A program made the translations under genes and the position numbers. DNA of 63,560 bases, counting the filler, from Platydemus manokwari (lineage: Eukaryota), in assembly GCA_037951405.1 (NCBI GenBank). It is 5 parts of 5 records of this genome, joined end to end, with 100 filler letters (N's around TTAATTAATTAA, not from the genome) between each part and the next. Parts side by side here need not be neighbours in the genome. Positions count along the whole stretch, not along the records: positions 22,054 to 33,704 come from JBBMOY010546663.1; positions 33,805 to 44,166 come from JBBMOY011140661.1; 3 more parts are not named here. The stretch is one strand, 5' to 3'. Positions 26,252 through 38,900 of this stretch are shown one piece after another. The notes beneath the pieces are model-generated. The model saw only the letters and a list, made by a program, of their open reading frames with translations. It was not told the DNA's origin and searched no databases. Position 1 is the first letter of the stretch, and every line of letters starts with the position of its first letter.

Positions 26252-27440
26252 TAGGGGTCGGCAAAAAAAATTTCGTTTTTATCAGTAAGAAAATATTTGA
26301 AGATCAAAGTTAAAATTTTCTAGATAGATCATTAACAAAACTGAAAAGTTCAAGATTCAAATTTAATTAAATCAATTAGAGTTGGTTTTATGATTTAGCC
26401 TGAAAGATGAAAGCAAGGAATGCGACATAAATTTCTTCGGTGCAACTTTAACTCTAAACAACTTTTCGGCTACCGAAATCTATCGATATCTTGTCGAAAG
26501 TTGAGGAACAGAGAACGTGATAGCCTTCAAAGAGTACAGCAAATTACCAAAGAGTTTGTAGGAGAATAACGAACACTTTTGAGCGAAAATTGGATTCAAA
26601 AAGACCAAGAACGAGCACTGCAGAAGAGTAGGTACTGTCCGTAAAACGATTGAAGAAGATTGCCAACTTAAGCTGTCCACCCATTTCAAGAGTCACTGAC
26701 ATTAAAGAAACGAGTGCTCACCGGATATTAAAACAAGAACTTGGAAAAAGTCACTTTGCAGCAGATGGATTCTTCACATTCTGACAGGTAATAAGAAGAG
26801 AATCAGAGTCACTTGCTGTCAAGAAATGTTGAATGTTTTTTCGGTAAGAAGGGCTAAGGAAAAGATCATTGTGATTGACGAAAAATGGATTTACCTTCGA
26901 GACGTACCTTTAAAAGAATGCAACCATGTTTGGGTGGGTGGCACAGGTGATTGTCTAACTATTGCGAGGCGGACAATATCTGGTCACAAAGTCCTGGTTA
27001 TTGTCATCAGAACTATGCAAAATCACTAGAGTATTTCGAAATTCTTCAAGACGTTGGACTCATCAACGTTGAGAGATACCCACAATTCCTGCAGAATATG
27101 ATTTTAAACTTTCAAACAAGACTACTTGCTTGGGAAATGGTCATTTAGCATGATTTTGTCAGACCTCCCGCAGCACAATTAATTCGACTTTGGCTTGAAG
27201 AACATTGCGTGTCTCTAATAAAGCATCCGGCCTACTCACCCGACACAAACCTCATGGATCACTTTATCTTAAGAAACTACGAGTGCTACCTATGTAGAAA
27301 AAACTTCAGTAATTCAGGAGAGATCAACAACGATTTTCGCCAATATTTGGAGTCAACATCGGAGATCAAGCTCAGAGCGAGTTTCGAAATTTGACATGTT
27401 ATCTCCAGAGTGTCATTGAAGCTACGGTAGACTGTGTTTA
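26252..27440 (+). mobile_element. Decayed mariner (DD34D) transposon, 3' TIR not found
   Basis: TA-GGGGTCGGCAAAAAAAATTTCGTTTTT is a candidate 5' TIR. Motifs WILHILT (WVPHEL), VIDEKWIY, HDFVRPP (HDNARPH) and HPAYSPDTNLMD. The second and third Asp codons at 27152 and 27257 have 34 residues between them. Stops and frameshifts are present. Confidence 0.9.
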
Positions 27441-28782
27441 GGCTCTGTTATGGTTTGCTAGCACTTTTAGTATAATTGCAGATGCGATTTTAACAAATGA
27501 ACGTTTTAAGTTGTATTTTTTTAGATTTTGATAAGATTTCATGGACGTAGAAAACAAATTTTTTTGCCAGCCATAAGCAAATTGTTTCAAGGATACTGAA
27601 AAATTTAGAAAAGAGTCACCACAACCAAGCACGTTTTTAGACAGAAATTTTTTGTGGAATGTTTTATAGAATGTTGTGAAGTTTTTCTCAATCAAGTGCT
27701 ACGGAAAGAGAAACGACAACGACAGTAATTTCAAAATTTATCGAATTTCAAATACTCATGACAACTGTTCTGATTTGGAAATTATATTTTAATGATGAAA
27801 TAAGAAGCATTATTGTCCAACTTGATATTCTTTGATTATTATTGTTATTAAGATTGGCAAAAATTTTATTGAACTAAATATTTAAGATGTAAACTCTTGA
27901 ATCGTTTCAGCCATAATAAGTAACGAGGAAACACTGAAACATAGACAAGTTGAGTTATTAATCAGTATTGTCTATTATTTTATTTCAGCATCATTGGCAA
28001 TAGCATCTATGTACGGTAAGTGCACGGTTTTCTGTAATTCATTTTAGAGTAATATTTGCTGGATCCTTAAAGTTAATATCATAATTCAAAAATTGAACTT
28101 AATTCTAACAAAATATTTACTTAACGAAACAAGCAGTCTTACTTATTAGCAAAAATTGCATATTAGCAATAACATGACCGAATTATGTATAATTGAGTCT
28201 GAGATAATTATTTATAAATTACTGCATGATTAGAGAAAGTTCGTGAACGATTCCCATATTTCGCTTTGTAATAGATTTATTGGATTAGGTTATCCAATTT
28301 TTCAGTAGCAAACAATGTCCAGGTCCAATAAATTGTATGGTCTTCATGTATCAGTTTTTTTGCCTTCATACCCTTTAATTTATCTGACATGACTTGAAAA
28401 AGTTTTTGGTTTGAGGTCCGTTAAATTATAAAGATCGTCAAATGCCTTTATATAAATTGTTTTAAATCAATTGATTGTATTGATAAATGATTTGTGTTAT
28501 CACTAGAATCATTTAGAATTTATCTTTGATTTACTGTTTTGATTAAAATTATCACTATAGCGATAATTTGCAAGTATTCAAGACCTTTGCAATTTACTTA
28601 TATCACTATGTTTTAAATTGTTCAATCTGTTCGTTGTTTCCAAATGGGCGTCTAGAATAATGCGATGAGTAGTCTAGGAATAGTAAAAATTATTAACCAA
28701 CTTTAATATCAATATCATCAATAACTACCTAGAAATTACGCATTCGAATGAAGTAATTTAAATAATTATTTCAGTTATACAT

Positions 28783-28825
<43 letters not shown>

Positions 28826-29100
28826 GTTATAATAAATTACCCTCATTAAAATTAAGAGGTTTGAATTGAGCTTCAAAAATTGTTTAGATTCAATTATAAT
28901 AGCATTTATTATGAATTTCAAATTGTGCTTCAAACTCTTTAGGTGGTAATCGTTCCGAAAATTGTGCAATACTGCATTTCACACCACTCGCTTTATAGTC
29001 GTGATTATATTCGATCTAATCCTTAGCTGTTTGCATTAATTTGCATAAATTACTCGGGATAAACACGGGCAATTAATTGTCTATGGAAAAATTACTATCT
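27438..29100 (-). pseudogene. Possible decayed PfkB/ribokinase-family sugar kinase gene
   Basis: The exon after acceptor TTTCCGTAG (~27699) encodes KNVLGCGDSFL, resembling the PfkB signature DTxGAGDxF. The upstream exon after TTCCTAG (~28675) encodes RIILDAH...LKHSDIVNCKGLEYLQI, resembling VxxDP...DIlxxNxxE. Stops and frameshifts are present. Confidence 0.35.
28783..28825. repeat. Compound (AC)n(AT)n microsatellite
   Basis: Read directly. Confidence 0.95.
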
Positions 29101-30059
29101 AATTTCGTACTAACTAATTTATTATTCATGGAAACTTTATATCATTTTGTTTAGCTAAATCTACTAATTATCCATAAATCATTAATTTATTAAAGCAAAT
29201 TCGAGAATATTATTTTATTAAAGATTTGTTGAACGATAACTTTATTGATGTTTTTTGGGTTTATTATTATTCGTCTGGTTCGGTGCTTTGGGCTTCTAAC
29301 TCCTGATATGAAGATTAAACGTTAGGATAAGTCAACAATATGTAAGATAAGTTACTGAACGGAAAATATCTGAGTACTGTATGAACCTCCTTAATAAGTG
29401 TGTTACGATTGGAGTGTCGGTATCCATAGTCATAACGAATCAAAATCAACAAGTCGAATATTATAATGTAAACGGTACATATTTATAGACAATTATTTAT
29501 TTCTATGATTTTTATAAAATGTTAAAATACAAATTATCTCGGATTTAGATGCTGCAATTAGTTTGAAGTGAAAGATCTCTGATAATTTGGTTATGTAGAA
29601 AATAACAAAACCTTCTCTATGACTGTAAGAGACTTCCAGGCAAGACAGGGAAAAATTGAACAATAAGATAGCAAATGAAATTAAATAATTAATTAAAGCT
29701 TTTAATTACTTCAAATAAAAAGTGGTATTAATAACGGCTGACCAGAACTGTTCAAATGAATTATTACGAGATCCAAATGACGACTGACTTATGAAGTGAA
29801 GGACACTTTCAAAATAAGTGATAAAGACTTTGAAATATGGATAACCGATCTCAATGAAGGAACTCATGTTAAAAAGAAATTAAGGTAAGTCCATACATTT
29901 GTGTTTTCTCTATCAAGTACACCCTCTACACCTTTGTATTAATATCCTTTTTACCTTTAGAAATATATTTTGTATATTTGTCGGGGGAACATAAATGCAA
30001 AAATCTAAGAGGTTCAGAAGTTCTAATAAAATTAGAAGGACCGAAAGTTAATCGTTTGT

Positions 30060-31875
30060 AAAATCATGATTACTAGAAATTTGGGTTTCAATAAACTTGA
30101 GATACTGTGTTGCCTAACACTGTCTAATGAAGCAACGGTTCCAAGAAAGATGAACAGGAATCTTACTACAAATCATCCAAATATTTAAACTAAAAATATC
30201 GATTATTTCCAACGGTTGTTATAATCAAATGCAAGGAAAAGTCAATCATTAAAGAAAACAATAGCTGATCCGAAATAGCTCAATTGGCTTCATATGAGGT
30301 GGTAGAAATTAATGCTCTTAAATCGATGTCTCATGTTCTTGTAGAGTCACTGATTCTTGCAGCATGCAAAAGAATGGTGAAAATTATGCTTGTCGACAAG
30401 GCCGAACAAGAAATTAGCAAGATCCCTCTTTCAAACAATACAATTCAGAGAAGGATTCGTGATTTAACTGATAATATTGAGGAAAGTGTATTATCCATAT
30501 TTCAAAATAGTCTCTATGCTCTTTAAATTGATGAACCCACTGACATCAGTAACTATGCACAGTTAATTACATTTATGCGTGTCATCGATGAAGATGCCTA
30601 ATTATTCAATTTTTATGCTGCAAACGGTTACCCACAACTACAAAATGTCAAGATATTTTGATACAATCACAATGTGACTCGAAAAACATGGCTTATCCTG
30701 GTATTTATGTGTGAGAATACGTACCGATGGAGCACAATCAATGGTTGGTTCTGTTAAAGTTCTTGCATATTTAGTTGAAAAATAGAATCTTAACATCTTG
30801 CGAACTCATGGTTTTTTACAGAGAGAAGTATTAGTTTCAAAGGTAACACAAATGAACTAAAGGAGGCCTCGAATCAAGTGATTAAAATTGTAAATTTCAT
30901 AAAAACTCGGCTGTTGAAGTTCAGAATTTTTGAGCTGCTATGCAAGGATATGAATTCTCATTATGTTCGCTTACTATTTCACCCAAGCATAAGATGGTTA
31001 TCGAAAGGAAAGATGCTATCCCGCGTAATTGAGCTTGAGAAAGAACTTTTTATTATTTTGAAAATGGAAAGCTTGTAAATTCCTTAAAAGTGAATTGTGG
31101 ATGTCCGAAAAAGAGTACTTAAGTGCAATGTTTGGACATCTCAATAGTCTGAATAACAACAAGAAAAGGAGAAATGAAAATATTCTTACTGTAACAGATA
31201 AATTAGTTACTTTTAAGGGAAAAAAATGCAATATGGAAGAAAAGAATGATTTGGATATGTTTCCATTAGTTGGCAAAACCTGCGTTGATGATTATTATTA
31301 TTTGTAAGCTTTTGACAATTTTGGAAAATAAAATTAAAGAATATTTCTTCTCAATCAGCATTGAAGAATTTGATTGGATTCGCAATTCTTTACAACTTTG
31401 ATTTATGTGAAGAGAAAGAACTAGAGTATTTTCAGTAATCCAGCACTCAAATTGAAGTGCGCACAACTGCCATTAGATGACTTTTGGATTTGTGTTATGG
31501 AAGAGTATCCAACTCTCAGTAAAAAAAGCCATAAAAGTCTTACTGCAATTCTCAATTTCATATCTATGTGAACTGGAATTTTCTTACATAAACAACATTA
31601 AAAATTAAAAACTTGAAAGACATTAAAACATTGAAGAAGAGTTAAGAATGTGCCTTTCTCACATTCACCATTATTATTCAATACCCGCTATTGAATACAG
31701 GATATGTTGTATTTATCTGAATAAAAATTCTCTTTATATGATCTTCTTTGTTTTATATTATTTCATTGCAAAAATTCTTTATGAGTAGAAAATATTTATT
31801 TTTTGTGATAGGTGTGCTGTGAAAATTTAAAGAGATCAATGCTGTACCGCGATGTAAAAAGGTTGGGAACCACTG
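30060..31875 (+). mobile_element. Decayed hAT Buster/Charlie-family transposon (ZBED5/SCAND3-like transposase)
   Basis: Motifs KIPLSNNTIQRRI, IDEPTDISNYAQL, TDGAQSMVG, THGFLQRE, IVNFIK, RWLSKGKML.R and SYLCELEFS. 3' TIR GGTTGGGAACCACTG ends at 31875. The 5' TIR was not found. Confidence 0.92.
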
Positions 31876-32979
31876 GTTTGAAGGGAAACTATAAATAGTA
31901 TTTACATATTGGAACTCACGCTGTTGAGTTGTATAATAATACAGCAAACTAAACAGTTTAATACTCAACTAGTGAAAGGAAGGAGAATGAAAAGACAACT
32001 ATAACTATTAGCTCATATGAACAATAGAAAAGGAGGAATATCGACACACAGAAACGACAATATTATGCTAAAATATCCAATAAACATGGAATAACGTAAA
32101 ATGAAGATCATGGCAATTGTGCGGTTAACTAAAAAAAGTTTGGAAAGATCTAATAAAGAGTAAAGAGGGCTAACCGACGAAAAGTCCTGAATATTATAAA
32201 ACCTAGAGAGCATCCAGAAAGCATTCCATACTTCAATCCGAAAGCCCCAATTCAATACAATCCAATGAACAAGAATATTTTTTGATATGACTATTTTAAG
32301 GTGTTCGAATTATTTGATCCTGACTTTATTGATAAAAAATTTTACAGTAATAATTATATATTATTGTATAGTTTTATTATTTTTCGTAAGTTACGATAAA
32401 TATTGGCAAAATACTTATTGATTATTTATAGAATAAGTTAATTAGAATAAATTTGATGAAATAAAATTGATAAAAACAACATATATGAATTAAATCAAAT
32501 GATGGTACAAAGTTCCAAAAATAATTTAAATTTAGAAAATGATTAATAAATGTGACATGATTAACGGTACAAGGTACCGAAAAATAAATAAAATTCTGAA
32601 CAATGCTTATTAATCAAAGTAACCGGGTCAAATTACTACGTGAATTAAAGTGGAAATCTGAATTTCAGCTGAGACATTGGAACTGCTTAAAAGTTTAATA
32701 ATTAAAAACTATTCAGAAATTTTATTCGATAATTGAAACGCAAGAATTTAATAACTGAAACATTATTCAGAAATCATATGACTAATTTTTAAGTAATTTT
32801 CGTAAGTAATTTAAGTAAAATAAAGTATCATAAAATTTGTCATTTAAATTATTTAAGAAATTGTCTAAGTTGTTTCGTCTCAGCAAGATCACTAAAAGCG
32901 TGATTTTCCAAAATCAAGAAAGTTTGACCTAAGTTGTACGATTGTTAATAATATTTTTTGAGTCAATAAATCGGCTGAA

Positions 32980-33704
32980 GTTAAAAAACGGGTCATAAAA
33001 TTAAAGTTTAAATTTGTTGAATGCATTGCAAAAATCTATATAGCTTATTTGATTATATTCTTTAAAACATTTTGAATTTTTTATTTAAGTACTTAAGAGG
33101 AATTTTAGTTGTTTAAAATCAAATATTAAATACATTAGAGCTTCAAAATCTGATAAAATTTGATTATTTGAAAAAATGGGCTTTATTATACTCTGGGGGC
33201 ACTTTCGCCTTGACCCAGATTATTGCTATGGTTACATAGCAACCTGTAATTTCTGTAATTTGTAAATAAAATTGTAATGTTCAATTTAATATTTTAAATT
33301 TGGATTTCTTATTTTGATTTCAGATTTATGAAATGATTTATGAAAAATTCAAATGAATAGATAAAATATATTTACAATATACGAAAATCAATATAACATC
33401 GAAAAATCGCAAGGGCATTGAAGCGTGTATCTCAGGAAATGATCCATTGTGTCGAAGGCATCTTCGCATTCATTTTGTTGTCGCCAGAGCCGGCTATTCA
33501 AATAGCTCTGTATGAATTTTCTTTTGGATCCATATCGTGGAAGGCCGCTCTTGAGTACTTTCCACTCCGCTTCAATGTTTTGAGTGTAAATCAGCGGATT
33601 TGCTGGATTTACAAATGAATGCGAATGATTGACTGTTCCATGAATGTAACCAAGATTTGACAGATTGCCGTAAGCTTTCCAGCAATCTGTGTAAATAATG
33701 GAGC
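32980..33704 (-). mobile_element. Merlin/IS1595(ISXO2)-like DNA transposon, 3' half; transposase frame 33702-33388 is open to the contig end
   Basis: SIIYTDCWKAYGNLSNLGYIHGTVNHSHSFVNP...YTQNIEAEWKVLK...SYL is the DDE_Tnp_IS1595 signature. It is absent from the ORF track because the start is cut off. Confidence 0.92.
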
Positions 33705-33804
33705 NNNNNNNNNNNNNNNNNNNNNNNNNNNNNNNNNNNNNNNNNNNNTTAATTAATTAANNNNNNNNNNNNNNNNNNNNNNNNNNNNNNNNNNNNNNNN
33801 NNNN
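33705..33804. other. Artificial contig linker
   Basis: N44-TTAATTAATTAA-N44. Confidence 0.95.
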
Positions 33805-35559
33805 ATTATTTAAAGTGTCATTATTGCTTTTTAATATAAAATAAATAAAATTTGAAAATTTACAATTTATAGATAATGTGTAGAATCGAAATATACTTCC
33901 ATCAACAAAATAATTATTATGGTTTTGCACATTTAATATCGATATTAATGAAGATTATCAATCAATGGCAAATCTTTATTGATCCTTTAATATTTTATTA
34001 TGGTGTTATGTAATTTATTTTTGAGGGTATTTCAGTAAATTATTGTGCGAGTTCAACGAACCTTTGAAAATTTATAATTGTAATTTGGCTTGTAAAAGAA
34101 ATGACGATTTAAAATCAGAAGAAAAGTTACAAAATATCCCCATGACCAAGTGGTACGCTAATACTGAAGCGGTTGTCAGATATTTGGTAGAGTGATTTGT
34201 ATCCTATATTGACGATTAGAAAGGACCACAAAGCTAGTTAATCTCAGAACACATACTGTTATTGCCAATTATTCCTTCATTAAACCATCACATAATTTCA
34301 TATATTTGATCATAAATCTCTTAGTCGTATACCTAACTGATGAGTATATTTAAATTCAAGAGTAGTTTTGTATAACTTACCATTTTACAAACCAAGACGT
34401 GTTACACAACCTGCTCTAATGCATTATCTAATCACCACATATTTTGACCTAGAATTTTGTTGTATTATGAAAGTATAAATCTTAGTCAAAATGTGAAACC
34501 AATATAAAATTTATATTTAAAATAAAAACATATTTATTACTTACATCATTTATTCGGCAGTCGTAAACGATAAAAATCAAATCTCTCGTTGATGAATTAA
34601 TTATATTAAATAAAATATTAAAACAAATTGGTAATAATTTTAAATATTTAAACCCAAAAAAATTATCAAAACTGATGATTTAAAATTTTTTAGAAAAATA
34701 TATCGAAATTCAAAAATAAATTGTGAAATACAATTTAAATATTCATTTTGTAGAAATTGCAATTCAATTTTACTTCATCACATGATAACATTGGATTAAT
34801 TAGAATGAATCAGAAATAACACCGTCCATATAGTCAAACGAATAATTGTAATTATTTCAGATGATAATTATAATTTTAATTAATAGAAATTTGAACCTTA
34901 TACCACCAATGGTAGTTTTGAAATACATCTGTCAACGAAGAGTTCGACCAATTCGTTATATCGTCAGAAATAAATTATCCCGTTAGCTAAATGATGTTTT
35001 ATGAGTACCATTTTAAAATTTCTTTCTACCGTTACACACCGACACATGTATAAATTCATTTCCAGCTGTTTCTCATAACACTTAGCTATTTACAAGTTTA
35101 TTTACACGTCAAATATATAAGAGTAGAATTGAACACTATCATTTCTAATCACATCGACAGAGCATTTTTAAATCATTCAACACTAACACCGTGAAATATG
35201 TAACCTATTGCTTATCTTTAGTCGCAATTAGATGAATAAGAATATCGATATATACTATTTCTGATTTGTCTCGCAATATAGCATCTCAGAAAATATAATA
35301 ATATTCTCAGACTGATTTATAAAAAGTTATCTTCATTCACTATGATAACAATGCCTATCGATTGAGATAAATCACGACAATGATCAGATGACCATTATTA
35401 TTATTTAATATACTGATTTTGGATGACCAACAGTGAATTTTGATCCATATTTAATATCCATTTTAATATTTAAAAATGACGATTGTTGGCAATAAATTCT
35501 ACGAACCTTAAATACTCTAATTATTTTGAATATTGGTGTGCATCTATTCGACTTCATTT

Positions 35560-35920
35560 ATGCCACGACTTCAAACGACTTAAGAGTGCGTCTTTATTAT
35601 TTAATGAAACAGGAAATTGTCAAGAAATGTAATTTTTTTTGAAAATTTTTTCTGCGTATCAATTGACTTAACACTACATTGTTATTTTGTTTGGGGTCAT
35701 GTAAAAAAAATGATGTTCCGGTGTCATCCACAAACCTCGGATGAGCTTGAAGATATCACTGTCCAAGTATTCGATGTCTTTAATGTAGAGCTGTATAGAT
35801 TAATTTGTTTTCAAGTTATTGAAATAGACTTCGTATTTTCATTAATGAAAAGTGGCGGACAATTCGAAAATAAGTTATGAGAGTGGAACACTTTATAAAA
35901 TGAGACTTGATCTGCCCTTA
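35560..35920 (+). mobile_element. Tc1/mariner-superfamily transposase C-terminal relic
   Basis: SIDLTLHCYFVWGHVKKMMF...PQTSDELE...GGQFENKL matches the SPDLTPLDFFLWGYLK...P.TL.EL...GGHFE.L consensus. Confidence 0.75.
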
Positions 35921-38900
35921 ACATTCAACAAAATTCAAATTAATTTCCAATTCAAACCATCGTTGATGGAATTGATAGAAATAAATCTCTTATCATTCGA
36001 AATGAAAAATATTCTTTTATAAATAGATGCAACGAAAGTTGAAAGTAAAAATTAGAACAAAAATTGAACAACAATTATAAACAGAACTGCATTTTTTTAA
36101 TAATTATGATTTTAAAGATTTTTATTTTATTCTTCTGCATTGCAAAAAAACATTCGTTTATAATAACAAATTAAATAACAAATATTATTAAAAATAATAA
36201 TACAATCCGTGATCTATTTGACAAAAATTATATTATATTATATTTGTTTAAATAGTTATTTTTCTTTATTGATTTTCAATGAATTTTCTTTGAAATTGAA
36301 CCTCACAGATTCCAAAAGAATATATATACCCCTATATATATTTTCATAAAACTTATGAAGGAAAATATTCCAAACACTATTTAACAATTTTAGTATTTTC
36401 TTTAAATAAAGTGATTAATTGCTGCACTTATTTATAACATAAATATTTATATAATAACCAATATATTACTTATATTATAATTTCTAAAAATATTCCACAC
36501 AAAATCAAACAATAAACTCACCTTTTTTTGTAAATGCTGCTTAGAAAATACATTGAACGATACATTACTGAACCATTTATATTGAAATTCATCAAAACCA
36601 ATTGACCAATTACGATCAAATATTTTCCCAAAGATAATTACAATGGATTAGTTTTTTTTGACTTTTTTATCGTACATTTTCCAATTGAAAACGAGCTCTT
36701 CCACATTGTTGAATTTGTTGAACAGAAAAATATTTCAGTGAAAATTGATTATTAACATGTTCTAAGGCCATAGACAAGAGATTTGCATCATCGTTGCATG
36801 GGATAGCAATTAGGATATTAAATATCCAAATCATATTGAGGAAAGAGAGAGAGAGGGGTTGGTAAATTATTATTTTGTCCATTCAATAGATAAAAAAATT
36901 GAATAATATATTTTATTACAACTATTTTTACAAAAATCATTGATGAAAAGAAAATCGAAAACCCATTCAGATATGTTTCAATGATAACAATTGTTTGGTC
37001 CATAAATTAAATATATAATCCAATAGGAATATTGTGTAATAGATACGAATATGTCTCGACACCATTGAAGAGTCCGGCAAGTGAATCAATTATTTATAAA
37101 TTTCAATATATCTCTTACATTCGTCCTCAATGCACTGTTTTCCTATAGGAGTCTATTGACTTCTTCTCAATCTACATGGATTTGCTTTTTGCACAATGTA
37201 AAAAGATTGATGTAATCTATAAAATCTCTATTTATCGTTAAATCAAATAAACCAAATTTGTATCCTTTTCTTTTAAATCTAATATTGAAGTACTTTAATG
37301 TCTATGATAACATCATAAATCGACGGGGTCATTATTAGACATTTCTCTATCTCTCTCTCTAATAAATAAATTCAACCGATACATATCTCCAATGAACTCA
37401 AATGAACGGGTTATAAATAATAATCAACACAAAGCGATTTATTTTTATAAATTTCAATAAATCATATACCACCGATGTCAGGGACAAATCGAAACATTTA
37501 TCAAGACTTTTACTTGTTCAGGAAATCGATAAGATTTGATCAGATAAAAAAAGAAATTGTCCAGGACAATTGATGATCATGACGGTACATGAATTTCATT
37601 TTTCAGTTCATTTATCAGGGAACATTTTTAGAATTGGGTGAGTTGATTATTTTTGTTTTGGATTATTCATTATATGTTTGACTACTCAATGATTATTTGA
37701 TTTATGGAACCTGATAGAATTTCAAGTAACTCATAATTAATAGAAAAGTAATCCGATTCCTTTATTTACCAATATTGACAATGCAGTGATTTCAGACGAC
37801 ACATTACATTTACCTAGTCGGTAAAACGTGCCTTGGTGAGCCACGTTGACGTATTTCCATGATATGTGGATTACACGAGTGAAGAAAAATCGAAAGAGGA
37901 AAAATTAATTGATCATAAACACATCTTTGTGAGATAATTATTGACTCTTTAATGAATATTATTTACCTCCAAGTGGTTTGGAATTTTTAGAAAGAAATTA
38001 GAGTTAACTAATTTAGTGTTTATAAGTTAAATAAAATGTTACTATTATTAGAACTAGAACTGTCAATGAGATCATGTTTTATGTTTTCCTCATCAATCAA
38101 GCCAAATAAATTTAACCATAATTATTTCGATGATAAAATAAATTTCAAAAATGCTGAATCAGCAATAAGTAAATTGATTTTCGGTTTTATTGATATTAAG
38201 AGAGATAACTTTAACCACATTCAACCGCATTATCTTATTATTTCTGGTATAAAATAAACCAGCGATTTCCAAATAATATTAATAATATTAAATCGGATAA
38301 CATTATTCTGATTTGTATAGATTTGTTTTCGTTTCGCTATGTAAAAGTTATGAGAGCTTGAACCATTGATAATTCCACCGTGTAGTTAATCACTGGCCCG
38401 GTTTCGTAACACAAGGGTATGAATCCTTATTATCATCATTATATAATTCCCTTACACATCAATTCAAAATTGTAGCCACTGTAATAAATATCATTATTAG
38501 TTATCACTTAGCTATGCGAACTTAGTGAGGCCCGATTGTCATTATATATACCACTTAATGCAATTATTCTTATGTATTTATACACTAAAGCTTATTATCG
38601 ATTCATCATACATGTATCCAATAATAGTAAGGCTCAAAAATATAAAGCATATCAACAATATTCATTTCGTATTCAAAAAAAAATTTGTGAATTTCTTTAT
38701 TTCATAAGCCTTCTTTATCACTGGAATCACCGATGCACCCTCTAAAATGTTAAGGTAATTACCAGATACCGTTTCTAGTTTTCTATAATTGAAAACATCA
38801 TAATATCATCATTCTATCAAAACTAGACCATTTGTAATATTATCATTCAATTCATTCCCTGTAAGAACAATCCTTCTCAGCCAATAGCTACCTTCTTCAA

